Origin: Candidatus Brockarchaeota archaeon
GTDB lineage: Archaea; Thermoproteota; EX4484-205; JAAOZP01
Assembly (NCBI GenBank): GCA_017601395.1
Contig: JAFNIQ010000004.1
Location: forward strand, 1 to 57,735
Length of the DNA stretch: 57,735 bases
Reading direction: 5' to 3'
Below the pieces are notes generated by a model. That model saw only the letters and a list, made by a program, of their open reading frames with translations. It did not search any database and had not been told where the DNA came from. The position numbers and the translations under genes are program-made. Shown here piece after piece: positions 33,392 through 42,388 of this stretch; the first letter of the stretch is position 1, and each line of letters starts with the position of its first letter.

Positions 33392-35244
33392 TGGCTGACG
33401 ACAATAATAGGATGTTTGATCCGGTATACGTGGCCGTAATCATCATACTGCTGATAAACGTTCTGAAAAACTTTTCAAGCCTCCAGTTTTTTCCAAGCAT
33501 TTCCTCACCTGCGGGCGGCCTCTACATAATGATGCTTCTGCTCCCCGTTGCGCTTCTCCTGCTTTACAAGCGGCCAAGCCTAGTTGAACATTTGGCCTTC
33601 AGGGAAAACGAAGACTACTTAATTGCGAAAACGGGTTCGTCAGAGCTCGTGGTGGGAGCAGTTTCAATACTTCCGGAGGAGGGATCAGGAAGAATCGTGG
33701 AAGAGGAAGACTTCTACTTGAAGACCAAGGGCCTTTTTAACGGGATTCTTAAAGCAGGCATTTCAATAACATTTGTGTCTCATATACTTCCCTCGGGGAA
33801 CTCTGATGATGTTCTTCTCGCCCAGCTGCTCGTGGTCAGCAGAAAAATAGGGCGTGGAGGAGTTGATGAGGCGGTGAAGATGCTTGGAACAGATTTTGAA
33901 AAGATAAGGTCTGTCTACAACACGGTTTTCCCAGAGTTAAAACTCGTCAGGCTAAGGGGGAAAGAGCTGATTAAATACTTGAGAAGGATCTTGGTGGATG
34001 ATTCTGTTACTAAGCGGGTTGACGCAGATAGCTCTATCAAGATTCTTACACCACACATGCCTGATGACGAGCTCTGTTTTCTCTCATCCTCCTACAGGCC
34101 CTCCACCGATACCGTTGAGACCAAGGAGACTATAGACCTTGGGTCGATCGTTTTTAACGGTTCAAGCATCATGCCGCTTAGGCTTGAGGCAGATAAGTTC
34201 AAGAAGCATATGGCTGTCTACGGCTCAACGGGCTCCGGTAAGACGACAACTGTGAAACATGTTTTAAGGAAGCTTGCTGGGCTCGGGTATCCTTTCATGG
34301 TTTTAGACTGGCATAATGAGTATAGGCCTCTGGCTGAGGAGCTTAACGGCGTTGTTTTCACATTAGGCTCCTTCTCCTTGGATATACTTAACCCTGTTGA
34401 GGCTAGCAACCTATCCGAGCACGTAGCAATAGTCACAGATATTTTCGACCAGATATACGGCTTCACCCCCTCCCAATCATACATGTTTAGAGAAGTGCTT
34501 CTGCAAACGCTCACGGAGAAAGAGCTCGGAATACCCGCTTCAAACTCCCTCAGGGGGCTTGTAGAGGCTTTGGAGAGATGGAGCATTAAATCGTTCTATG
34601 AGAACGAGACAAAGTTCGCACTTCTAAGAAGACTGAAGCCGTTGGTAACCGGGCAGAGTAGAGAAATATTCTGTAACACGAGTAGGCTGGTGAAGATTGG
34701 TGACATTATAGATAGGAACGTGGTTTTCGAGCTGGGTGACATTGTTGAAGTGGATATTCGCAAGCTGGTTTCACTCTTCATCCTCGCGCTCCTCTACGAG
34801 TTCAGGGTGAAAAACAAGAGCGCTAGGAACCACTTTACTGTTGTTGAGGAGGCGCATAACATTCTGCCATATAGGAGGCGTGACTCCCCACCGGGGATTG
34901 CTGAAAAGCTTTTCTTAGAGATGAGAAAGTTTAACGAGAGCCTTATACTCGTGTCACAGTTTCCATCGCAAATCTCTCCTGAAATAGTCAAGTCCACAAG
35001 CCTGAAGATATCCCACAGGATATGCGAGGGAGAGGAGTCAAGGGTTCTGACAGACATAATGGGTCTTTCCCAGGGGGACTATGAGCTTCTAAAGAAACAG
35101 ACACCGGGATACGGTTTCTTAACGGCGGAGGGCTTTTCTAAACCTGTTCTTTTCACCATAGGGATTAACGGAAGAGGAAGCCCATTTTCCCAGGGTTCTT
35201 CAGAAGGAAGTCAACCCAGTCAACCATGTCACCCCTACACCTGA
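33391..35244 (+). CDS. membrane-anchored VirB4/HerA-class (DUF87-type) ATPase
   Basis: Two N-terminal TM helices, Walker A YGSTGSGKTTT and Walker B TVVEEAHN. The start shares one nucleotide with the pilin stop (TAATG). Confidence 0.7.
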   Translation: MADDNNRMFDPVYVAVIIILLINVLKNFSSLQFFPSISSPAGGLYIMMLLLPVALLLLYKRPSLVEHLAFRENEDYLIAKTGSSELVVGAVSILPEEGSGRIVEEEDFYLKTKGLFNGILKAGISITFVSHILPSGNSDDVLLAQLLVVSRKIGRGGVDEAVKMLGTDFEKIRSVYNTVFPELKLVRLRGKELIKYLRRILVDDSVTKRVDADSSIKILTPHMPDDELCFLSSSYRPSTDTVETKETIDLGSIVFNGSSIMPLRLEADKFKKHMAVYGSTGSGKTTTVKHVLRKLAGLGYPFMVLDWHNEYRPLAEELNGVVFTLGSFSLDILNPVEASNLSEHVAIVTDIFDQIYGFTPSQSYMFREVLLQTLTEKELGIPASNSLRGLVEALERWSIKSFYENETKFALLRRLKPLVTGQSREIFCNTSRLVKIGDIIDRNVVFELGDIVEVDIRKLVSLFILALLYEFRVKNKSARNHFTVVEEAHNILPYRRRDSPPGIAEKLFLEMRKFNESLILVSQFPSQISPEIVKSTSLKISHRICEGEESRVLTDIMGLSQGDYELLKKQTPGYGFLTAEGFSKPVLFTIGINGRGSPFSQGSSEGSQPSQPCHPYT

Positions 35245-35764
35245 ATCCCCCTCTATAACACTCCATAAAACGGGTGTAGGTTTTTCCAACACTAATACCG
35301 GTTGTGTCCAGCTGCACGATTCTCTTACCTTTTAAATGGAGCTTCGCCATTAGATAGCAGTAGTCCGTAATCTCTGATTCAACGTTCATCTTCGCCTTAT
35401 CCTCACCGTATCTCTTAATACTTCTAAGCCTGCGCCAGAGAACGTCTGGCCTACATCTTAAGACGAGACAGTAGTCGACATGCTTTACCGGGGAAACCTC
35501 AGCCGCGTAATGCCCATCTATCAGTAGGCGAATTCCTTCTCCAGCACTGTTTGAAACATATTTTAGCAGAGCCTTTTTCAAAATACTCGTGTTGATAATA
35601 TTGGTCTCCAGCGAATCGTCATACCCGGTGATCGCGTTAACCTCAACTGCGAACCTGCCAAGATCCAAGTGAACCCAGCCTTTATTCTCTCTGACAATCC
35701 GTCTGCACAAGGAGGTCTTGCCGGTTCCAGGAGTTCCTGTTACAACTATTACCTTGCTTTTCAT
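35165..35764 (-). CDS. Fap7/adenylate kinase 6-like P-loop NTPase
   Basis: VIVVTGTPGTGKTS, IDGHY and LVLRCRPDVLWRRL..NVESEI follow the Fap7/AK6 pattern. The 3' end overlaps the convergent ATPase gene by 80 nt. Confidence 0.65.
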   Translation of the reverse strand: MKSKVIVVTGTPGTGKTSLCRRIVRENKGWVHLDLGRFAVEVNAITGYDDSLETNIINTSILKKALLKYVSNSAGEGIRLLIDGHYAAEVSPVKHVDYCLVLRCRPDVLWRRLRSIKRYGEDKAKMNVESEITDYCYLMAKLHLKGKRIVQLDTTGISVGKTYTRFMECYRGGFRCRGDMVDWVDFLLKNPGKMGFLFR

Positions 35765-35859
35765 AACCTAAGCTGTTCACTCCGGTTATAAAAATCCATG
35801 CTTCCGAACCTTTTTAAGCAGCAAAAGATTTAATTCCCCCTTTGAAGAATGTTTCTCCA

Positions 35860-35934
35860 GCTCCGATGGTGTAGCCCGGTCAAGCATACGAGCCTCTCGA
35901 GCTCGGGGCCCGGGTTCAAATCCCGGTCGGAGCA
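35860..35934 (+). tRNA. tRNA-Glu (anticodon CUC)
   Basis: GCTCCGATGGTGTAGCCCGGTCAAGCATACGAGCCTCTCGAGCTCGGGGCCCGGGTTCAAATCCCGGTCGGAGCA. Acceptor GCTCCGA/TCGGAGC, anticodon stem CGAGC/GCTCG with loop CTCTCGA, and T arm CCGGG-TTCAAAT-CCCGG. Confidence 0.9.
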
Positions 35935-36404
35935 TTTAAATATTTTTTTATTTTTACTTATAGACTAAGCATCATCCCCTCTCTTTGTCACAGGCTTTCC
36001 GCTTAGGCTCGGAACCATGTTTTCGCAGAAATCCATGTGATTATACACGAGAAAGGGTCGATGCTGGCTCGATGATCATAAAGGGCGGTTTGACGACTCC
36101 CTCTCCATCGCGTTCCAGACTAATGACGCTCGTTTTTCATCGCGAATGTTTTTTCTTGACTGAGCGCTTCTCCTAACCAGCCAGTGGGGGATGCTGACTC
36201 CCTGGCCTACTATAGGACGGATGTTTTAAGTATTGAATCTTATTGGTCTCTAGAACCAGGAAATCAGGTGGTTTGCAAACATATTCTTCTGTTACAAATC
36301 AGGTGTAAAAATTAGGGAATTTTTATCCACGCTGTTTCTTAGACTCGTTGCCCTTTCAAATCCTGTCAACATTTTTCCAGTGAATCAGTAAAGTTCAAAT
36401 ACTT

Positions 36405-37622
36405 TTGGAAAAATCGATGGAGGAGTTGAAACCAGGAGAATCGAGCCGTGCACTATTAACGCTGTCGGTAGTAGGCGGCCTGGTGTGGGCTTCATTCGCG
36501 CCATTCATGCTTTTGTTCGGTGTTTACCTTAGGTCTCAGGGATTATCCTATGCCTCCATCGGCCTGCTCATGACCATAACCAGTCTTTTTTCCTCGCTGC
36601 TTCAACCAGTGTTCGGCGCTGTTGCTGATAAGTATCGGAACAGGAAAACCATAGTTTCCATTTCTCTTTTCATCAGGAGTTTAGCATACTTGATTCTACT
36701 ACTGTCAGCTGATGTTATAAGCATGTCAGTATGGTATGTTGTCGCAGGATTGTTTCTAGCCGGGTTCATGCCGCTCGCCCAGTCCATGGTTGCAGATCTT
36801 TCTGAAGACAATCGACTCGGGATTTCAATGGGAAGATACAGACTATTCGGATCCATGGGTTGGGCAGCCGCCTGCATTCTTACGGGCCTGCTCGCCAGAG
36901 TCCGCCTGTGGAACATTTTTCCAGTAGCCCTGGCGTTCTCCACTCTCTCCTTTCTAGTTAGCCTGTTTCTACCTGGGGTTGAGGGTAGGAGGAAGAGCCG
37001 CTATGAGAATATTCAGGAAAGAGGAGGCTCGTCTGTTAAACTCGCCGCCTGTTTTACAGCAAGCATTTTAATATCAGGAATGGGCATAGGAGCGACATCC
37101 TCGTTCTTAACCATTTCATTATCGCAGCTGGGCAGTGATCCTCTTTTCATAGGCGTGGTAATCGCGGTAGGAGCTCTTCTCGAGGTTCCTGCCATGTATT
37201 TAGGGGGCTGGCTGTCCGACAGGATTGGGGGTCTTCCGGTTCTAGTCTTGGGCGAAGTAGGCTTAGGCATGGTTTACTGGCTCTACGGGACCGTTAAGAA
37301 CATTTACAGCTACCTGTTAATCCAGAGTATCCGGGGCATTCTCTACGCGTTATTCACCGTCTCAGGGATGTCGATCAGCTCAAGCCTTGGAGGAAGTAGG
37401 AGAGGGGGGCTTTACGCCGGCTTTTACAATCTCTCTCTTCAACTGGGAACAGCCTCCGGCCCCTACTTCGGCGGCTTGGTTTCGGATTACCAAGGGTTAT
37501 GGGCCATGTTCGCCCTGTCTTCAGCCTTGTCGATGGTTTCTGCAATGCTCCTCGCCCCATGGATAATAGGGCCTCTTAAAAAAGGAGTAAGACAGAGTGT
37601 TGCCAACCAGAATAAATCTTAG
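36405..37622 (+). CDS. MFS transporter
   Basis: 405 aa with ~12 hydrophobic segments. MFS-like loop GAVADKYRNRK between TM2 and TM3. Confidence 0.75.
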   Translation: MEKSMEELKPGESSRALLTLSVVGGLVWASFAPFMLLFGVYLRSQGLSYASIGLLMTITSLFSSLLQPVFGAVADKYRNRKTIVSISLFIRSLAYLILLLSADVISMSVWYVVAGLFLAGFMPLAQSMVADLSEDNRLGISMGRYRLFGSMGWAAACILTGLLARVRLWNIFPVALAFSTLSFLVSLFLPGVEGRRKSRYENIQERGGSSVKLAACFTASILISGMGIGATSSFLTISLSQLGSDPLFIGVVIAVGALLEVPAMYLGGWLSDRIGGLPVLVLGEVGLGMVYWLYGTVKNIYSYLLIQSIRGILYALFTVSGMSISSSLGGSRRGGLYAGFYNLSLQLGTASGPYFGGLVSDYQGLWAMFALSSALSMVSAMLLAPWIIGPLKKGVRQSVANQNKS

Positions 37623-37670
37623 TGAAGCATTAGAAAAATGAAGCATTAGAAAAAACGCGTGTGAAAGGAC

Positions 37671-39269
37671 TTAGCTTTTCTCCTCTGTCTTAGGTTTCAC
37701 AGTCAGTATTACTTCGTCGACACCTATTATTGTCGTAGCCAGTTCAACGGCTGAAACCAGCCAACTCTTAACGACAAGGTATGGGTCGACCACTTTTCCA
37801 TCTAGATCGGCCACTTGCCTGCTGACAGCTTCTATACCGTATCCTGAACCATTCTTAGAATGGTTACTTTTGAGCAGGGACATGGTTGTTAGAGGTTTCA
37901 TGCCGACGTTTGTAGCAAGGGTTCTTACAAGGGATTCTACGCTTTCGGCAAAAGCCTCGTATACTAGCCTGTCCTCCTCAGACTGGTTATCCGCGCTTCT
38001 TCTCAAAGCCATTCCTATTTCAAGCAGCTCCGCCCCTCCGCCGACAACGTACCTCGGATCCTTGTATAGGCTGAGGACCGCTGAGAGTGCGTGCTTAAAC
38101 TCTCTCTCATACTCTTTCAAAAGATCCTCGTTAACGCTTCTCAAAAGTATTGAAACAGCCTTGGGCTCGCGGCAGCCCTCTACGAAAACTATTTTCTCGT
38201 TTTCAAAAACCTCCTCCCTAACAACATCAGCTCTCCCAAGCTTTTCCTCGGAAATATCCTCCGGGTCTGAAACGATCTTCCCATAGGTTGCCCTCTCAAG
38301 TCTCTCCATGTCGGATCTTTTAACCCGTCTCACCGCAGTGATACCGTTTTTATAGAGGTATTGCTGTGCTAGCTCGTCTATGCCCTTCTGGCAGAAAACA
38401 ACGTTGGCTCCTGACTTAACTATCCTGTCAACTTTTTCTCTTATCATTTCCTCCTCTTCTCTAATGAACCCGCGGAGCTCCTCAGTAGTCTTGACTTCTA
38501 TTTCCGTCGATATTTCAGTCTTCTTAACCTCCAGAGCATAGTCTATCAGCGCAATCCTAGCATCTTTAACCGTTTTGCTCATGTTCGGGTGGACAACTTC
38601 CTTATCGACTATAACACCGTTTATAAGCCTGGAGTCTAAAACTTCGTGTCCACGCTTCCTAACTATGCTCACCCAGTCTATGTCTGCGTAATACCCGCCG
38701 TCTCTTTTTTCAACGATCCTTTCAGCAGTGCTCAGGACGATTTCAGCGATCTTTTTCCTCTCCTCTAGTGACGAGAAGAAAGTAACCGCCGTTTCAGCGA
38801 TCCTTTTCAAAGCCTCCCTGTCTGAAAGGTCAACCGGCTTAGCATCTTTCTCCAGCTTTTCAAGAGCCTCGGACAAAGCCTTGTTATAGCCTCTGACTAT
38901 TGTAATCGGGCTTATTCCCTGCTTGTACAGGCTGTACGCGTTTCTAACCAGGTCGCAAGTTAAAAGTATGAGCGAAGTCGTGCCGTCTCCAATTTCCTTC
39001 TCAAGAGCCTTGGCAGCGTCTATTATTATCTTGCCCACTGGGTGTTCAATGCTTGCCTCGCTGAGAATAGTTACTCCAGTCTTAGTCACCGTAATGTCTC
39101 CGACTGTGCCCACTAGGAGCTTGTTTAAGCCTCTTGGACCGTAGGCGGTTCTGACAACCTCGCCTATTACAAGCGAGGCCACAATATTGTTTTCATAAGC
39201 CTCTTCCTTGCTTCTCCTTACGGTTGTTTCTTTAAGCACTATTGCCGGTCTACTACGTTCATATGCCAT
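37671..39269 (-). CDS. ths: thermosome subunit (group II chaperonin)
   Basis: 532 aa. Motifs GPRGLNKLL, ITVTKTGVTIL, GDGTTS and VVGGGAELLE. Confidence 0.93.
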   Translation of the reverse strand: MAYERSRPAIVLKETTVRRSKEEAYENNIVASLVIGEVVRTAYGPRGLNKLLVGTVGDITVTKTGVTILSEASIEHPVGKIIIDAAKALEKEIGDGTTSLILLTCDLVRNAYSLYKQGISPITIVRGYNKALSEALEKLEKDAKPVDLSDREALKRIAETAVTFFSSLEERKKIAEIVLSTAERIVEKRDGGYYADIDWVSIVRKRGHEVLDSRLINGVIVDKEVVHPNMSKTVKDARIALIDYALEVKKTEISTEIEVKTTEELRGFIREEEEMIREKVDRIVKSGANVVFCQKGIDELAQQYLYKNGITAVRRVKRSDMERLERATYGKIVSDPEDISEEKLGRADVVREEVFENEKIVFVEGCREPKAVSILLRSVNEDLLKEYEREFKHALSAVLSLYKDPRYVVGGGAELLEIGMALRRSADNQSEEDRLVYEAFAESVESLVRTLATNVGMKPLTTMSLLKSNHSKNGSGYGIEAVSRQVADLDGKVVDPYLVVKSWLVSAVELATTIIGVDEVILTVKPKTEEKS

Positions 39270-39368
39270 TTTCGTATCACCTCGATACTTCTTCGTTAAA
39301 AAGACTTTTTAAAAGCTTTTCTCAGGAGACAACATTTATTAAGTTATGGGTTCCTCTTCCCCCCAAGT

Positions 39369-39596
39369 TTGGGAAAGATCTATGACAGCAGGGTCAAAGG
39401 GGTTGCGAGGATGCTGCTGCTTAAATACGGTAATCTCTTCAGCGATGATTTTTACGCGAATAAGCAGGCTTTAAGGAAGATCGCGGTTTTCCAGTCTAAG
39501 AAGCTTCTGAACAGGGTTGCCGGATATATTACGTCGGTTAAATCCTCTGAAGTAGGGAAACAACAGGAGGAGGTGGTTGAGGTTGGAGAAGAATGA
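39369..39596 (+). CDS. rps17e: 30S ribosomal protein S17e
   Basis: MGKIYDSRVKGVARMLLLKYGNLFSDDFYANKQAL..NRVAGYITS matches S17e. TTG start. Confidence 0.85.
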   Translation: MGKIYDSRVKGVARMLLLKYGNLFSDDFYANKQALRKIAVFQSKKLLNRVAGYITSVKSSEVGKQQEEVVEVGEE

Positions 39597-39960
39597 TTTC
39601 CCAATCTTCCTGTCTGTTTTCGACTACGGGTGGTTAAAGAGGGCTCTGAGAGAAGCCGAAGCTTATCTTAAGGAGTCTAAGAGGGCTTCTCCTCCTTTGA
39701 AACTCATATACGCAAGGATGTCAATCCTTTCAAGCAGAATGTTCGTAACAATGCTTTTCCCGCCCATGAGCAGGTATGAAAACGCCAACATCAGCGAGGA
39801 GGCTTCAAACCCTGTTGAGTATAGGCTTAGAAGCCTATACGACAAGGCTCTTGAAAAGGTTGAAAAAATACAGCTTTCGGAAGAGGAGGCTGTGGAGATA
39901 AGCGATTTCCTTTATAATCTTTCCTCTACAATCCTCGAGCAGATTTTAAGTAAGAACTAG
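39577..39960 (+). CDS. hypothetical protein
   Basis: 127-aa ORF overlapping the rps17e 3' end by 20 nt. No motif recognised. Confidence 0.4.
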   Translation: MRLEKNDFPIFLSVFDYGWLKRALREAEAYLKESKRASPPLKLIYARMSILSSRMFVTMLFPPMSRYENANISEEASNPVEYRLRSLYDKALEKVEKIQLSEEEAVEISDFLYNLSSTILEQILSKN

Positions 39961-40084
39961 TTGTTTTAGACAACAATGCGCTTTCAGGTTTAAATAGTTC
40001 TTTGAGCATGTTTTTTCTAATGATGTGAACTGACCTGCTCTGAGAGAAGACCTCTATGAAGACCATGCACCTCTCTGAGGTTTT

Positions 40085-40678
40085 TCAATCATGTTTAAAA
40101 TTTCTGAGTCTCTTCAAATAGCTGTCAACTATCATGGGCGGCAGCCCAATATCTATCAGCATCTCTCTGAATTCATCAATGGTTTTACCACCCTCCTTAA
40201 GGTTCTTCTGAGCAAGGCTTCTCACGGTTTCCCCAATCTCATGGGGAAAAATGATCCATTTCTCTGTCTTCTTGACGTAGTAGTCTGGCTTAAACGTGCT
40301 CCAAGGCTTATAGTAGACGGTTGCAACCCTTACCTCGCGAGCACCCTTACCCTCGAGATGTTTGCGTACTATCTCAAGGCTTCTACCCGTGTCTGCAACA
40401 TCGTCAACAACCAGTACCTTCTTCCCGTAAACGTCGACGTTAACATCCTGCAGTATCCTTGGCTCGCGACCTGTTTTCTTAACATCCTCGTAGAAGGCAA
40501 CCCTTATGACGCCTATTTCCGGTTTTTCAAACTCGTCTGAAAAAATCCTGAGGGGGACTAGTCCTCCTCTTGAGACTCCGATTATCACTTCAGGCATATA
40601 TCCTGATTTCAAAACTTTCTCAACGAGCTCCAGAGTAAGCTGGTAAAAATGCTCCCAGCTTATTACTTCGAACTCCAT
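40085..40678 (-). CDS. purine phosphoribosyltransferase (Hpt/Gpt-like)
   Basis: PRPP-binding motif VLVVDDVADTGRSL. The N-terminus ISWEHFYQLTLELVEKV..IIGVSRGGLVP is typical of archaeal purine PRTs. Confidence 0.8.
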   Translation of the reverse strand: MEFEVISWEHFYQLTLELVEKVLKSGYMPEVIIGVSRGGLVPLRIFSDEFEKPEIGVIRVAFYEDVKKTGREPRILQDVNVDVYGKKVLVVDDVADTGRSLEIVRKHLEGKGAREVRVATVYYKPWSTFKPDYYVKKTEKWIIFPHEIGETVRSLAQKNLKEGGKTIDEFREMLIDIGLPPMIVDSYLKRLRNFKHD

Positions 40679-40742
40679 TCCGGCTTTAACGCTTAAATGC
40701 TATAAAATAAATGTTTTTATCCAGTTTCTTGGCTAAATATCC

Positions 40743-41285
40743 GTGTTGGAACCTGTTCGAAACATAGATTCACTGGGCATGTGCTTCACGCTTCTATTGG
40801 TTGACAACCTCCCGGAAGAATGGGTTAGTATAGCGTCTGAGTTAAGGAAGAATAGGAGAGTTTTCATTCAGTTTTTCAACCCAGCGTGCCTAGTTAGCGA
40901 ACTAATACCTTTCCTAGTCTACAATGTTCACCAAGCCTTCAAACACGGGTATAACGTGCTCAGGGGTTTTGAACAGGAGCTTCTAGTGGCGCTCTACGGA
41001 AAGAGGAGCTTCCAGGAGGCGTTATCCACGCTTGGAGCACCAGTTTCGCAACGGGCAGCAATACTGGTGATTTCAGAGGATGCTGAAGTTTTAAAGGAGA
41101 CGGTTGCTGCTTTAAAGGAAGGGTTTTCGAAGAGAGGACTGTCTGTTGAACCTTTCAGGGATGATGAGCAATCGTTCACATCATTCTGGAGCAGCCTGCT
41201 ATCCAAGGATCTCAACGTTGAAGCCTTGAAGTATTCCGACGTGCTTGAGCTCGTCAAGGAAAGGATAGCGTTACTATACGTTTAA
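40743..41285 (+). CDS. cgi121: KEOPS complex subunit Cgi121-like
   Basis: ELLVALYGKRSFQEALSTLG and the C-terminal ..LVKERIALL resemble archaeal Cgi121 (E.L..SGQRQI.EAI...G). Size is appropriate. Confidence 0.55.
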   Translation: MLEPVRNIDSLGMCFTLLLVDNLPEEWVSIASELRKNRRVFIQFFNPACLVSELIPFLVYNVHQAFKHGYNVLRGFEQELLVALYGKRSFQEALSTLGAPVSQRAAILVISEDAEVLKETVAALKEGFSKRGLSVEPFRDDEQSFTSFWSSLLSKDLNVEALKYSDVLELVKERIALLYV

Positions 41286-41416
41286 ACAGCAATGTGGCTA
41301 GAAGCCGCTTGGAAATTCATGATTTGAACGGCTTTAAGAGGCTTTCTTGGGAGCCAGACAGTTGAAGCAGGGGCTAGCAAGATTAAAATACTAGTTTACA
41401 TGCAGAAGAAACAGCC

Positions 41417-42142
41417 TTGGAGGCGCCGGAAATAGTAGTAGACGTTAAGGAGGTCACTAAGGATTACGTTCTCAGGAGCGGTGTCGTGAAGGCTTTAAAG
41501 GGGATTGACCTGCAGGTGAAAAGAGGGGAATACGTGGTTGTGATGGGTCCCTCTGGAAGCGGTAAGACGACGCTGTTCAACATGATCGGCGGCCTAGATA
41601 AGCCTACGAGCGGAAGCGTCTCCATAGACAGTATAAACCTGGCTCAGATGAACGACCGGCAGCTAGCATGGGTTAGAAGCAGGAAAATAGGCTACATATT
41701 TCAAACGTTCAACCTTATACCGGTGCTCTCAGCCCAAGACAATGTCGCGTTGCCAATGGTCTTCCTCGGGATAAGCAGGGAGGAGAGGCGTAAGAAGGCT
41801 GCTGAGCTTCTAAGCCTTGTCGGCTTGGGAGACAGGCTTAGCCACAGGCCACAAGAGCTTTCCGGCGGACAGCAGCAAAGGGTTGCAATCGCAAGAGCGT
41901 TGGCGAACAATCCTTCTATAATACTTGCGGACGAGCCTACGGGTAACCTCGACCTCTCCACGGGGCTTTCAATAGTCCAGCTGCTCTACAGGCTTAAGGT
42001 GGAGAGGAACACTACTGTGATATGTGCTACTCATGATCTTAAAATGGTGGATGTTTCGGATAGGCTGGCATGGCTTAGGGACGGCGTTATAGAGAGGATT
42101 GAGGAAAGGACGACAGTAACCCTCACCGCGGAAGAAATATAG
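41417..42142 (+). CDS. ABC transporter ATP-binding protein (MacB/LolD/FtsE-like), intact motifs
   Basis: Walker A GPSGSGKTT, Q-loop, signature LSGGQQQRVAIARAL, Walker B ILADEPTGNLD and H-loop THD. No permease gene is adjacent. Confidence 0.88.
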   Translation: MEAPEIVVDVKEVTKDYVLRSGVVKALKGIDLQVKRGEYVVVMGPSGSGKTTLFNMIGGLDKPTSGSVSIDSINLAQMNDRQLAWVRSRKIGYIFQTFNLIPVLSAQDNVALPMVFLGISREERRKKAAELLSLVGLGDRLSHRPQELSGGQQQRVAIARALANNPSIILADEPTGNLDLSTGLSIVQLLYRLKVERNTTVICATHDLKMVDVSDRLAWLRDGVIERIEERTTVTLTAEEI

Positions 42143-42218
42143 ATTGTAAGCATGCTTCGCAGTTTTTAACCTGGGGATATGTTTTTATACTGCTTTTCAA
42201 AGCTTCATCCGACCGAAA

Positions 42219-42332
42219 ATGAGCGAAGATTTTGACGAGGAGGAAGAGGAAGAAGAGGAGGAAGAATGGGAGGAAGAGGAAGAGGACTGGGAGGAAGACT
42301 GGGAAGAGGAAGAACTAGAGGAAGAATGGTAG
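42219..42332 (+). CDS. 37-codon poly-Glu/Trp acidic micro-ORF (hypothetical)
   Basis: MSEDFDEEEEEEEEEEWEEEEEDWEEDWEEEELEEEW, running ATG to TAG. A TATA-like TTTTTATA (42182-42189) lies ~30 nt upstream. The ORF ends 56 nt upstream of ABCE1. Confidence 0.35.
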   Translation: MSEDFDEEEEEEEEEEWEEEEEDWEEDWEEEELEEEW

Positions 42333-42388
42333 AAAAGGCAAAGTTTTTTCTCACATAGTTTTTCAGAGTTTTTAAGAGTTGATGCGGA

